Assembly: GCA_030059675.1 (NCBI GenBank)
Contig: JANVYQ010000008.1
Coordinates: forward strand, 1-61,950
Length of the DNA: 61,950 nucleotides
Direction: 5' to 3'
Source: Candidatus Pelearchaeum maunauluense
Lineage (GTDB): Archaea; Thermoproteota; Nitrososphaeria_A; Caldarchaeales; Caldarchaeaceae
In this document: in pieces, positions 1 through 10,336 of the stretch
Numbering within the stretch: position 1 is the first letter of the stretch
Layout of the letters: each line of letters opens with the position of its first letter
Notes under the pieces: generated by a model
What the model was told of the DNA's origin: nothing
The model's database searches: none
What the model saw: only the letters and a program-made list of their open reading frames with translations
Position numbers and translations under genes: made by a program

Positions 1-120
1 CCTAGGGCTCCTCATGAGCTCATCGGAGCCCTCATAAGCTCTTGGAAGAGCCTTAGGCCTGGGGAAACCCCCTCCATCTGAAGTCTATCTATCTTGAAAC
101 TGCTGACTAAGGCGTTTGAG
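1..120 (-). repeat. Dispersed repeat copy 1 (cut by window edge); probable relic of an IS200/IS605-family tnpB 3' end
   Basis: Near-identical to 10163-10283. Minus strand reads ..FKIDRLQMEG.., resembling a degraded TnpB C-terminal CGFxxDR..LQM. Confidence 0.7.
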
Positions 121-208
121 GGAGGGTCTATGGATGATTGATGGAACCTCGCCTGAACTAACAAGAAGGATATATACATGTTACGCCGTATTGATGTTTG
201 GTTGCTGA

Positions 209-1981
209 ATGTCTGAAACGAAGGCTGGCGGTGTCTTTGAAGGTATTGTCAAGGAGCCTCTGCCTGAGGGGGCTGAGGTTCTTGAGAAGTATTGGCTTGA
301 GAAGCCCCATTCGCGGGTGGTTATAGCTATACCCCCAGGCGAGACTGGGCCGCGCTACTACTTGATTGAGCCTGAGCTCTCTCCCGAAGCTAAGAAGGCC
401 CTGGCCAAACTCTCCGAGGCTATAGAGTCCGAGGTGAATCCATCGGATTTTGAGAAGGCCGAGGACCTGCGCAGGGCTGTTGAGGAATACATTGACAAGC
501 TGGTGCGGAAGTATTCGGGCCTGCTTAGGAAGCTTTCCGACGAGGATGTGGAGGCCATAAAATACTATCTGAGGAGGAACTTCATAGGCTTGGGACATGT
601 GGAGCCTCTTCTACAAGACCCCAACCTTGAGGATATATCGTGTAATGGTCTGGGCATCCCCATCCATGTATGGCATAGGCGTTATGAGAGCATGCCCACG
701 AATATCATATTCACGTCCAAGACCGAGTTGGATAATTATGTTGTTGGGCTTGCTCATAGGGCTGGTAAGCATGTATCGGCTGCCTTCCCTATTGTTGACG
801 CTATGCTCGCTGGGCAGCACCGCCTCGCGGCGACGTATAGGGAGGAGGTAAGCCCTGAGGGGAGTAGCTTCACGATTAGGAAGTTTAGGACAGAGCCCTT
901 CTCCATCATAGACCAGATTAGGATGGGCACAATCTCGCTTGAGATGGCTGCTTATCTCTGGCTCTTGATAGACAATAAGTTCAACCTCATGGTCGTAGGG
1001 GGGACAGGGGCTGGAAAGACCAGCCTGCTCAATAGCCTATGCAACTTCATAAGACCAGCATACAAGGTGGTAACTGTTGAGGAGACGCCAGAGCTGAACC
1101 TACCCCTCCAGAACTGGGTGAAGCTCGTTACGCGCGAGGCTTATGGCGCTATAGGGACAATCTCGACACGCATAACGCTCTACGACTTGGTTAAGACGAG
1201 CTTGAGGTATAGGCCAGACTATATCATCGTGGGCGAGATCCGCGGTGAGGAGGCTTATGTCCTCTTCCAGGCTTTGGCGACTGGGCATGGCGGCTTATCT
1301 ACGATGCACGCCGAGTCTCTTGACTCTGCTGTTAAGAGGCTTCTCAGCCCGCCCATGAATATCTCGCCAGCCTACATACCCCTGATGAACGCGGTTCTCC
1401 TGATTGAGCGCATGCTCCTCCCCACGCGCGGCGGCTACATGGCTCCAGCCAGGAGGGTGAGAACGCTCTGGGAGGTTATAGAGCATGAGAACTACTACTC
1501 AATAGCCGAGTATGACACGCGCACTAATAGTTTCATAGCGGACTTCTTGGCCAGCTATCTGCTTCGTAAGATTGGGATAAAGTCAGGCAAGACTCTCCGC
1601 GAGATGGTTTCGGAGATGGAGGAGCGCCGTCTGGTGCTTGAGTGGATGCTGAAGAAGAATATTACACGACTATGGAATGTCAGCAAGATAATCACGGAAT
1701 ACTATATCTCGCCCAGCAGGGTTGTGGAGCGCGCCGTTGAGGAGATACGCGAGCTTAAGGAGGTGGAGACTATGCGAGCCGAGGTGATAACGGATGGAAC
1801 ATCAATCATCACGTCAATACTTGAGCGCTCCGCTGGGAAGACGACGCTGAGGCAGATTCTCACAGAGTCGCGGATGGATGAATCCCTATTCTGGGACTCG
1901 CTGAGCAAGCTGATTAACGAGGGGGTGGTAGTCCTTAAGGACGATGGGACTGTTGAGCTCGTGGCTAAGCGTGTAGAGTAG
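209..1981 (+). CDS. Type II/IV secretion (ArlI/AapE/TadA-like) pilus assembly ATPase with C-terminal winged-helix-like extension
   Basis: Walker A GGTGAGKT, ETPEL, LRYRPDYIIVGEIRGEE, TGHGGLSTMHA; followed by a TadC-like gene. Confidence 0.95.
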   Translation: MSETKAGGVFEGIVKEPLPEGAEVLEKYWLEKPHSRVVIAIPPGETGPRYYLIEPELSPEAKKALAKLSEAIESEVNPSDFEKAEDLRRAVEEYIDKLVRKYSGLLRKLSDEDVEAIKYYLRRNFIGLGHVEPLLQDPNLEDISCNGLGIPIHVWHRRYESMPTNIIFTSKTELDNYVVGLAHRAGKHVSAAFPIVDAMLAGQHRLAATYREEVSPEGSSFTIRKFRTEPFSIIDQIRMGTISLEMAAYLWLLIDNKFNLMVVGGTGAGKTSLLNSLCNFIRPAYKVVTVEETPELNLPLQNWVKLVTREAYGAIGTISTRITLYDLVKTSLRYRPDYIIVGEIRGEEAYVLFQALATGHGGLSTMHAESLDSAVKRLLSPPMNISPAYIPLMNAVLLIERMLLPTRGGYMAPARRVRTLWEVIEHENYYSIAEYDTRTNSFIADFLASYLLRKIGIKSGKTLREMVSEMEERRLVLEWMLKKNITRLWNVSKIITEYYISPSRVVERAVEEIRELKEVETMRAEVITDGTSIITSILERSAGKTTLRQILTESRMDESLFWDSLSKLINEGVVVLKDDGTVELVAKRVE

Positions 1982-2001
1982 TAGGAGACGGGCTGGTATC
2001 T

Positions 2002-3768
2002 ATGGGCTTCCTGAGCAGGGTGTCTGCAACAGCCTATAACTACTTCGGATGGCTTGGTCCTTTGATACTCAGGATATTCAGGAGTATGCCAGACCAGCTT
2101 AAGGCTTCTGGGAAGGGCGTTTTTCCCGAAGCCTACGCCGCCCTTGTGGGCATGCTCACGGTGATTTCAGCCGTAGTCTCCGCTGCGCTTTTCCTCTTCC
2201 TCTGGCTGGCGGTGGGCGTAATCTTACAGCTAAGCCTGATGGTCTTCACAATACCCGTGATAACGCTACTCCTCCTAGTAGTCTATCCATGGCTCTCCAC
2301 GAAGGCTCTGGAAACTGCTCTGGAGGCCGAGATACCATACGCCGCTGCCTACATGAGCGTGATGACCGCTGGCGGGATATCACCATACTCAAGCCTTCAG
2401 CGCATAAGGTCTGTGAAGCTAATGCCCAAGATGACCGCTGTAGCTGGCCTCCTTGACGTGCATGTCAAGGCTAGGGGAGTAGACCCTGTGAGCGCTCTTG
2501 AGAAGATAGCAGATGAACTCCCCTCGCGCGAGTTTAAGGAGCTTGTCCAAGGCTATTCCGCTACGCTCAGAATGGGCGGAGACACGACGCACTACCTGGT
2601 GAGGAGGACAGAGATGATATTCAGCCGTCAGGAGGCTAAGGTTCGCGCGATAGCTGAGAGGATGGCCATGCTCGCAGAGGCTTACCTCGCTGTCGGAATA
2701 CTACTCGCCCTAGGGCTCTTCATCATGTTCATAATCTCCCACGCCCTCCCGCTTGAGGTAGCGCTATTCGGCGTAGACACATTCCTAACAGTCAGCTACT
2801 TCATACTACCCTTCCTCAGCATACTCTTCATATACTTCGCAGACATGCTCCAGCCGAAGTACCCTACGGCCGACTATAGGTCGTATAGGTTTGTCCTCTT
2901 CACTCTACCTGTATTCCTATTCTCGGTCATGGCTTTCTTCGCCCCCACATTCATACCGCAGCTCACGCCGTTCCTCCGGCCCTTCGTGAGCGCTAGGGAT
3001 GAGCTGGTGAGGCTTCTCGGCCTAGAGCGCGGCTTTGACGCCGCCTTCGGAATAATAATCCCGCTACTCATACTCCTCGTCCCAGCAGCAATAGCTGAGA
3101 CGATTTACTCAAGCACAGAGAAGAACATCCTAACTGGTGTTACCAGATTCCTGCGCGAGATGGTGGAAGTCAGGAAAACAGGGCTAACGCCTGAGAGGAG
3201 CATAGAGAGCCTATCCAGACGCAAGTATGGGCGTTTCTCAAAGATACTCAGGACAGTCGCTGGCAAGATAGCGTGGGGCGCTCCATACCAGAAGATACAT
3301 GAATACGTCCAGCGAAATGTACGGCACTGGATATCCAAGGTCAACCTCTACATATTGTTTGACGCTATAGAGGTTGGTGGCGGTACCCCTGAGACGCTTG
3401 AAGCGCTTGCGCGCTTCAGCGAGCAGATGGAGACGATTGAGTATGCGAAGCGGGCTGGTCTTAGGCCGCTCCTCATAATCCCCTACATAGGAGCCTTCAT
3501 CCTGATATTCGCCGCCCTGGTGCTGCTCGGCTTCATGAAGACCTCACTCCTACTAGCTGGCCGCGTACTTGCGTTTGACGCGTTCCTACGCCTATTCCTA
3601 CCCCCGCTGGTCCTCAACATAGCAATGATGGGGCTGGTCGCTGGCAAGATAGCTGAGGAGCGCGTAGCTGCGGGATTCAAGCACGCGGTACTAATGATAC
3701 TGGTAGCCATCCTAGCGTTTGTCCTATCGCCATATATAGCCGCGTTCCTCACACCGCCGCCATCCTAG
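2002..3768 (+). CDS. TadC/ArlJ/AapF-like pilus platform membrane protein (two T2SS-F domains)
   Basis: Multiple TM segments, two cytoplasmic GspF-type domains, GLVAGKI..AAGFKH terminal motif; adjacent to ATPase. Confidence 0.92.
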   Translation: MGFLSRVSATAYNYFGWLGPLILRIFRSMPDQLKASGKGVFPEAYAALVGMLTVISAVVSAALFLFLWLAVGVILQLSLMVFTIPVITLLLLVVYPWLSTKALETALEAEIPYAAAYMSVMTAGGISPYSSLQRIRSVKLMPKMTAVAGLLDVHVKARGVDPVSALEKIADELPSREFKELVQGYSATLRMGGDTTHYLVRRTEMIFSRQEAKVRAIAERMAMLAEAYLAVGILLALGLFIMFIISHALPLEVALFGVDTFLTVSYFILPFLSILFIYFADMLQPKYPTADYRSYRFVLFTLPVFLFSVMAFFAPTFIPQLTPFLRPFVSARDELVRLLGLERGFDAAFGIIIPLLILLVPAAIAETIYSSTEKNILTGVTRFLREMVEVRKTGLTPERSIESLSRRKYGRFSKILRTVAGKIAWGAPYQKIHEYVQRNVRHWISKVNLYILFDAIEVGGGTPETLEALARFSEQMETIEYAKRAGLRPLLIIPYIGAFILIFAALVLLGFMKTSLLLAGRVLAFDAFLRLFLPPLVLNIAMMGLVAGKIAEERVAAGFKHAVLMILVAILAFVLSPYIAAFLTPPPS

Positions 3769-3812
3769 TCATGATTATTGCCATTCTTTCCATCTTTTCC
3801 ATCCTGCCTGTC

Positions 3813-4955
3813 CTATCTACCATCAGCACCTTTTGCACGCGGGATTATGGTTATCGGATTCTCGTCAGAGCCCGACACAGGCGAGCCATCATCAGCGCTC
3901 GTGCCTGAGAAGAGCACAGTTATCGCGCTATCCTCCTCACGCTCACCCTTCTCACCTGGCGTCTTGGACTTCAGCTTCCACACAACGGGCTTGCTTGACT
4001 CGCCAGGCCATATACACGCTGGAGAGACCTGCACCTCCCGCGGAGGAGAGCCGCTGTCAAACCCGAATAACCTGGTGTCAAACTCCACTCGGAGAGAGCC
4101 GTCGCATACTGGTACGTTGCCTACGTTGATGACGAAAGCCTCAACCAGGAAGGTTTGCATCCTATAGACCAGCCTTGGGGCGATGGCGAAGACAGCTATG
4201 GAAGCATCGCGCGCGGGCGAGCCTGGCAGGTAGATTATGACGTAGAGCGTCTCAGGGACAGATACCGTCGCCTCGATTGTTGAGCCATCCCACGCGAGGC
4301 GTATGGTGTAGCTTCCAGGGTTTACGCCGAAGATCTCGGTAACGTTATCGCCCAGCGTCGTTATGTGTATCTGCCTCGTAGCCGAGCCGCCCGCGATATT
4401 GCCGGATATGCTGAGCGTGTATATCTTCCTAGGCTCCATATTCACGACGGTAATGTGAAGCGTGTATGGGTAGCCAGCCTCATCGCCCAGCGATGGTATG
4501 AAGAGCGGCGAGTTATCTGGAACAAACACATTACCGCGCTCTGTTACGAGGTAGATGTAGTACAGCTTCCCAGCCTCCGCCAGTATCCCAGTGTCTATCG
4601 TCAGCGGCGGGTCTATCGGAGCTAGGAAGCCGTCGGCCAGGCTTACTATGCTTGGGTTATCAAGACTATCGTTGGCAACCACAAGAGCCCTGATTATCGT
4701 TAGTGGTATAGGCCCAGAGTTCTCCACCCATATCTTTATCCTGTTATTATCTAGGAAGTCTATGTAGGCAGCCGCGTCAACCTCTTCCGCCGCTTTCTGC
4801 GCCTCAAAGGTTCTCCTATTCTCTATTGCGCGTTCGTAGTTTAGGTTTGTGTCGCGGAAGTAGAAGGCTAGGGGTATTATGCTGGTGAAGATTATCGTTA
4901 TTACTATTACGCCTGCTATGATGTTGGATACTCCGCGCCGCCTACGCGAATTCAT
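3813..4955 (-). CDS. Large minor pilin/adhesin with class III signal peptide
   Basis: MNSRRRRG|VSNIIAGVIVITII, then VENSGPIPLTI pilin motif and Ig-like C-terminus. Start moved to ATG at 4955. Confidence 0.85.
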   Translation of the reverse strand: MNSRRRRGVSNIIAGVIVITIIFTSIIPLAFYFRDTNLNYERAIENRRTFEAQKAAEEVDAAAYIDFLDNNRIKIWVENSGPIPLTIIRALVVANDSLDNPSIVSLADGFLAPIDPPLTIDTGILAEAGKLYYIYLVTERGNVFVPDNSPLFIPSLGDEAGYPYTLHITVVNMEPRKIYTLSISGNIAGGSATRQIHITTLGDNVTEIFGVNPGSYTIRLAWDGSTIEATVSVPETLYVIIYLPGSPARDASIAVFAIAPRLVYRMQTFLVEAFVINVGNVPVCDGSLRVEFDTRLFGFDSGSPPREVQVSPACIWPGESSKPVVWKLKSKTPGEKGEREEDSAITVLFSGTSADDGSPVSGSDENPITIIPRAKGADGR

Positions 4956-5418
4956 ACTCAACCACCACCGAGAGGCCCAGCTTGTCAAACGGGTCGTCTG
5001 GGTTGAAGAACTGTTCGGGCATGGCGTATATGCGCACGGACTTGGCCTCGTTTGATGGGATTGTGAGGGTTAGCCTCCCAGCGTCTCCCTTGGGCTCTAG
5101 GGTGAGCAGGTTGCTGGGGCTTAGGCTATTGAGTGATTTCCCGCCAGCGTCTCTGAAGATGTAGCCCACGACGACGAGGCGGGTCTCGCCGTTGTTGTAG
5201 AGATAGAGTATGAGCTGGCTGTCTATCTTCACCCCATACTCCACGACGAATGAAGACCTTATGTTGGCCACCTTCTCCTGCGTGTCCTGCGAGTAGCTCA
5301 TCATAAATGTTCTGGCCATGCTGGCGGTGAATGCCCAGACACCGAAGCCCAGCATTACAGCTAGCGCTGTGAGCATTACGGCGCCTATGATGTTGCTCAC
5401 AGCGCGCCTACGCCTCAT
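4942..5418 (-). CDS. Archaeal type IV pilin
   Basis: MRRRRA|VSNIIGAVMLTALAV class III signal; YLYNNG motif. Confidence 0.88.
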   Translation of the reverse strand: MRRRRAVSNIIGAVMLTALAVMLGFGVWAFTASMARTFMMSYSQDTQEKVANIRSSFVVEYGVKIDSQLILYLYNNGETRLVVVGYIFRDAGGKSLNSLSPSNLLTLEPKGDAGRLTLTIPSNEAKSVRIYAMPEQFFNPDDPFDKLGLSVVVEYEFA

Positions 5419-5550
5419 GACGGCTAGGCCTCCACCACCTTTAACTACCGCGAAGGAGCTTATAAATTAAGCCCCCAACAACCACGTGGGGGAATCATAC
5501 GCAGATTTTATGAGGTTGTTACTGGTATTAAGCCCGTTAAACGATGAGAG

Positions 5551-7224
5551 CTATTCCGTCTCTCCCGTAACCTGCTTTATTATCTCAAGTATCTTGGGCA
5601 GCACGTTGATGTCGAACTCGGCCGCGGAGGGTGAGTGGAGTAGGGTTATTCTGAGGAAGTCAGCTAGGCGCGCGGCGTCCTCCGAGATTGGGGATGAGGA
5701 GATGGCTATTACCCTGTTTATGTTCGTGTCCATCATCATTACCGAGGCGCGCATAACCTCTGTTACCGAGAGCTGGCCTGTCGTTGTGAGGAATACTATG
5801 CCTATCGCCACGCCTTCGCGCGTTCTTATGAGGGCGTCAAACCTATGGACAACGCCTGAAGCACCCACGACGCGCTTGGGCGCCTCAACCTCATAGCCCT
5901 TCGTCCTCGTAATCTCTATCAACGTCTTAAGCGGCCTCTCAGCCTCCCTCAGCCTTGCCAGAGCCTCCTCATTAGGCACATACTCGTAGAATATCCGCGG
6001 CTCAAAGTCGCGGTATCCATACTCCTTGCCGCAGTTGGTGCATATGAAGGCTGTCTCTGGCTCTGGGTTTATGTCTCCACAGTTGAGGCAGCGGAAGAAG
6101 ACAGAGTATATCTTGCCGCTGTACTGCACGGTGAAGCGCGAGACATAGCCCCCGGTCTCCTGCGCCCCGATTGTTATCTCCTCCCTACAACGCGGACAGC
6201 GCATAACGCCTTCCTCGCTCACGAACATCTCCTCAGGCCCCATGTAGCCGCAGAGCTGGTGCTGTATTATGCGCTGCCTATAGATGTTGGGCGAGTGGCA
6301 TGTACGGCAGACGAAATCAACAGCGTTGAGCGATGTTTTGCATGATGGGCAGTTGACGGTCTTGAAAGCTATCCCCTTATGCTTTAGTATGTTCTTCCGC
6401 GCCAGCCCATCCAGCGCCGCCATCGCCTTACTCGTATCTATGTCCAGCAACTCCTCAACCTGTGGGTATCTACCTCCCTCAGGCTTGTCGCGTTTTCTCA
6501 CCGGTCTCATCTCGCGTAGCTCGCCTGAGATGAGCGCCTCAACAATTCTCTGCTCTGTCTGGTCCAGGTCGCGGAGGTCTCTGGTTGTGGTTTTGAGGTC
6601 TTTTGGTATCGTGCTCGCGGGCGCCACACTAGTCTTGACCGTCGCGGTTTCAGGTATCTCTATAACATTATCGCTGACATGCTTCTCTGCACGCGGCGGT
6701 GGTGCTGGCGGGGCGCTTGGCTGGGGAGGCGGCACCTCAACAACCTGCTCAACAGGGTTTGAAGAATGCTTAGGTCGCTGAACAGTCTCTTGAGACGCTT
6801 CCCTAACAACCTGCTTCTGCACCTCAGCCCTAGGCGCCCTCCTAGCCAAGACACCGACACGTAAGACTGATGGAGCGATGCTCACCACTATAGCCACAAG
6901 CGGGCCAAGAATGCTTTCCCCGAAAATCTCCGCTAACGTCATGCTGGGCTGTACGAATATGAGCGAGAAGATTATGAGCGTAACAACCCTGCTCAGCGCC
7001 GTTATAGCGGCAGTAAGCGAGATTGGCACATTTATTCCTATTAGATAGAATATGAAGGCAAGAACCAAGCCGACAAGCGCACCCTTTATGGCTGGAGTGA
7101 GAAACCATCCAAAAGAGCTTAAGAACGATAATAACATGACGAATATGAATAGGTCTGTAATGAACCATAGGAGTAAGCTAGTTAAGGATAGGTATGTGGA
7201 GGACTTCACGTAAGGATGGGCCAT
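5551..7224 (-). CDS. Membrane-anchored protein: TM bundle, Pro-rich linker, wHTH, TackOD1-type multi-Zn-ribbon, C-terminal restriction-endonuclease-like domain
   Basis: About 4 TM helices; PPPQPSAPPAPPP; CPSC, CRTC, HQLC, CPRC, CLNC, CTNC; VVGASGVVHRFD motif. Confidence 0.75.
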   Translation of the reverse strand: MAHPYVKSSTYLSLTSLLLWFITDLFIFVMLLSFLSSFGWFLTPAIKGALVGLVLAFIFYLIGINVPISLTAAITALSRVVTLIIFSLIFVQPSMTLAEIFGESILGPLVAIVVSIAPSVLRVGVLARRAPRAEVQKQVVREASQETVQRPKHSSNPVEQVVEVPPPQPSAPPAPPPRAEKHVSDNVIEIPETATVKTSVAPASTIPKDLKTTTRDLRDLDQTEQRIVEALISGELREMRPVRKRDKPEGGRYPQVEELLDIDTSKAMAALDGLARKNILKHKGIAFKTVNCPSCKTSLNAVDFVCRTCHSPNIYRQRIIQHQLCGYMGPEEMFVSEEGVMRCPRCREEITIGAQETGGYVSRFTVQYSGKIYSVFFRCLNCGDINPEPETAFICTNCGKEYGYRDFEPRIFYEYVPNEEALARLREAERPLKTLIEITRTKGYEVEAPKRVVGASGVVHRFDALIRTREGVAIGIVFLTTTGQLSVTEVMRASVMMMDTNINRVIAISSSPISEDAARLADFLRITLLHSPSAAEFDINVLPKILEIIKQVTGETE

Positions 7225-7338
7225 CTGTTTATTCCTCCCCTTTATATTACTGTATTGCTGTATATTTGTTTGCCTTTAAATTTATCGCCGTAAATAGACT
7301 CATCATACAGATTAATATCCAGTATTACGTAGTCATCT

Positions 7339-8976
7339 TCAGACCGTTGCATAGACATCAAGCAGGGCGTGTATCATGTTTCCGCTGGTTATATATTGTT
7401 GCTCGCCGGATTGCGGGGCTGGATATTCTGCTGATAAGAGCTGTGGCCTCACCGCGAGCCATAGGCTACGCTGCAACCCCATATCATCTAGGTAGGTTAT
7501 CTTGACAGTCTTCTCATGTTCGGGGCGCTTGAGCCTAATTGCCTGAACGTCAAGGGAGTTCATGAAGTCAGCCAGCTTGTATCTACCCGCATCGTCAAAG
7601 ATGAAGCGCTTACCATCCTCAGCCTGCCTTCTACTTGTATCTCCTCCGCTGGAGTGGCGCCGATATTAGCGACACGCAGCATTAGGGTATCGTCGTTGAG
7701 CCTATAGCAGTCAGCCACTAAGTAGCTGCGTAGGAAGCTGGGAGGCTCTATCAAGAAGTGCTGCGGGAGGACAGGCGGCCTAGGAGGCTCGTGAGACAGG
7801 ATAACATCCCACACGCTAAGGGCGCCAACGACGCTACCAACATCAAGAACAGCCTCACCATCAACATCCACGGGAAGCCTGCTCATAAGCTCCCTAAGAT
7901 ACCTGGAGGCCTCACTCCTAAGTAGGCTACCCACATAGCTATCCGAACTAGGGCTGGACTGGCTCAGAGTTATCGCATCCATCAACAAGCAGCACCAGGC
8001 GATGGCGTAGTCGTCTCCCAAGAGCTTATAGAGGAGATGAGCTTAGTAGAGGTGTTTGGAAGATTCAATAAGCTTTGCTGTCCCGTCTTTTTTCTCAAAC
8101 GCCTTGAGCAGCGCGCTATAAGCCCTGCGTACGTGGGCGTCTGCCGAGATGAAGTAGCGGTCGCGCACCCTATCCATACCGTTTGCAGCGTCTTCCAACA
8201 AGCTTGTGGCCAGCGTATAGTTGTCATACGACCTATAAGCCTCAGCAGCCGAAAGGAGAGAATAAGCCTTAGCCAGGAACTTATACGGCTTAAGAGCCTT
8301 GAGCGAGGTCCTCCACACACGCGAGGCAGCGTTAAAACTCAGGTAAGCCTCAAAGAGGTTTCCACCCCCTAACATGCATAAGCCCATCAAGCAGATGAAG
8401 ACAACCTACCATAGTGCTGTCAAGCAAAACCGCGTTAGCCCTAACCTGCCTCAAAAGCTTACCAACAAAAACATCAGAACCAGCATAGGAGGATGCGGAG
8501 TCCAGCTCAATCAAGAAAGAAGTCACGCGCGGGTGGATGCTGCTCAGCTCCCTATAGTATTGAACCAGGTCCAGCGTGTTGTTGGATAGCTGGAAGTAGT
8601 CGCGGTATAGGAAGAGGAGCTTGAGCGGCGCCTCCTCTGGCGTGAAGAACCCATCTTCACGCGGTATTGGATACTCGCGCTCAGGTATGCTACCCTGCTT
8701 AGTTGCCTGCTTGAGGGAGAGAAGCCTTACAAGACGGGATGACATCCTCAGAAGCTCGGTAATCCACGACCTACTTAGCATGGTTTCCATGTGTATATAG
8801 CTGAAGAGCTGATGCGCAGCCTCCATGTAGATGCTGGCGCGCGCATAGTCGCTGGTTGCGGCAGCCATGTTAGCAGCCTGCCACAGGCTCTCGCCAGCAA
8901 GCATACGGAGCTGCCGCTCATCATACTCAAGCGCAGACTCCACAAGCCTAGCAACACGCTCATCAGCACGAATCAA
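7339..8976 (-). pseudogene. Disrupted paralog of the N-terminal part of 15621-17681
   Basis: Fragments 8350-8976, 8043-8390, 7560-8021 and 7339-7563 align in order (SHEPPRPPVLPQHFLIEPP vs SHAPSPPQLPPLFMVEPP; ITYLDDMGLQR vs ITYRDRAGMQR). Two frameshifts and one in-frame TAA at 8043-8045. Confidence 0.8.
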
Positions 8977-9078
8977 GGTCGTCTGGCAATAAACGGTCTC
9001 GCCGTGCTTGCTTATTTATGTGAGAGGGAACCGCAGGAAACAATACGTCAAGAGTAATACATACGAGTGTTTAGATAA

Positions 9079-9515
9079 CTAAACAGGCTTATAGCCCAGT
9101 AAGTTCAATAGCCTCCTAGCCATATCGACAGCCTCTTTAGCCATGCCGAGGATATTTGCTGCTTTCTCCTCATTATATAGCTCCCCTGGAGTCTTCCTAA
9201 TCAGCGGCTCTCCATAACGTGTTCTGGCATGCTCAGGCGCTAGGGTTCGCGCTATCTCCGCTAACCTTCCAGCCTCATCACGATACTCTACGGAGATTTC
9301 AGATAATATTTCCATAATCTCACCAGAAGGGTCGTGAGTCCAGCTTGGTATGTGGAAATGCGCTATTACAGCCTTTGCCGCGTTTTCGGCCGCGAGCTGT
9401 GCCGCTTCCACAACCCCCGCCCAGTCTCTTGAATCCATCCTGATTATCGCTCTATCCAGATGCTCTAAGCTAGAGAGAATCTATAAAGGACTTCGTCATG
9501 AGGGTTTATAGTCAT
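9079..9515 (-). pseudogene. HEPN domain protein, frameshifted near the N-terminus
   Basis: AQLAAENAAKA..SWTHDP..RTRYG HEPN motifs. Likely start MTINPHDEVLYRF at 9515 is 1 nt out of frame with the body (break near 9465). Confidence 0.75.
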
Positions 9516-9960
9516 GCGCAACGTTGATTTCCACCTGACTGCCAGGCTTGGGCAGACGCCAGTAGTAGTATTTCCCACGCTTACACGGAGTGATGTTCAT
9601 ATTTTGGAGAGCTTTCCTAACACTAGTTAGAAGCTCCTCCAGCTTTCCATACCTATCATAGAGGACTACCCCATCCCATATTATGTTAAGAATGAGAGGC
9701 GTAGCCTCCTGGATGTTCATGAAATCCGCATACCGCATATCGAGTATGGTTAAGCTCACTTGTGGTGGGAAATGTTTTGCAACAGCTTTATACACGTAAA
9801 CATAAGCTTCATTACGTGCCATTTCAATATCATCCCATAAAACTAGGAGGTCTATATCGCTTCTATCACTCTGCTCCCCCCTGGCTGTGGAGCCGAACAG
9901 GATTATGCCAGCTATGAAGCTGTTCTCAACAACAGCCTTCGCCACCCATTCCCTCAGCAT
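9496..9960 (-). CDS. Minimal nucleotidyltransferase (MNT) antitoxin
   Basis: ILFGSTARG..SDIDLLV motif; directly upstream of HEPN. Confidence 0.9.
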   Translation of the reverse strand: MLREWVAKAVVENSFIAGIILFGSTARGEQSDRSDIDLLVLWDDIEMARNEAYVYVYKAVAKHFPPQVSLTILDMRYADFMNIQEATPLILNIIWDGVVLYDRYGKLEELLTSVRKALQNMNITPCKRGKYYYWRLPKPGSQVEINVAHDYKPS

Positions 9961-10107
9961 CAAACACAACAACACTATCTTGGATTTTAAATTTTAACTA
10001 CAGCCTCGTCGAGAAAATCTATTCATAAACAATCCTAACGCTTCTAATTTAGGCGAAAACACGTTGATGGATTTCCATCCTCTTAGGAGGAACCACAGGT
10101 AGTTTAA

Positions 10108-10283
10108 GGGTTCTGACCTGCGTAGTCTTTCATGGGCATACGTAGGTCTTGGGATTCATCAGCCTCGGGGCTCCTCATGGGTTCATCGGAGCCCTCATAA
10201 GCTCTTGGAAGAGCCTTAGGCCTGGGGAAACCCCCTCCATCTGAAGTCTATCTATCTCGAAACTGCTGACTACGGCATTCAAG
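10108..10283 (-). repeat. Dispersed repeat copy 2 (longest); probable tnpB 3' end/right-end relic
   Basis: 10163-10283 matches 1-120; 10108-10187 matches the reverse complement of 53310-53389 (79/80). Confidence 0.75.
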
Positions 10284-10336
10284 ATAGTGTTGCTGGTAGC
10301 CTTGGGGAGGATATGGCTAAGAGTGGGTTTGGAGTT

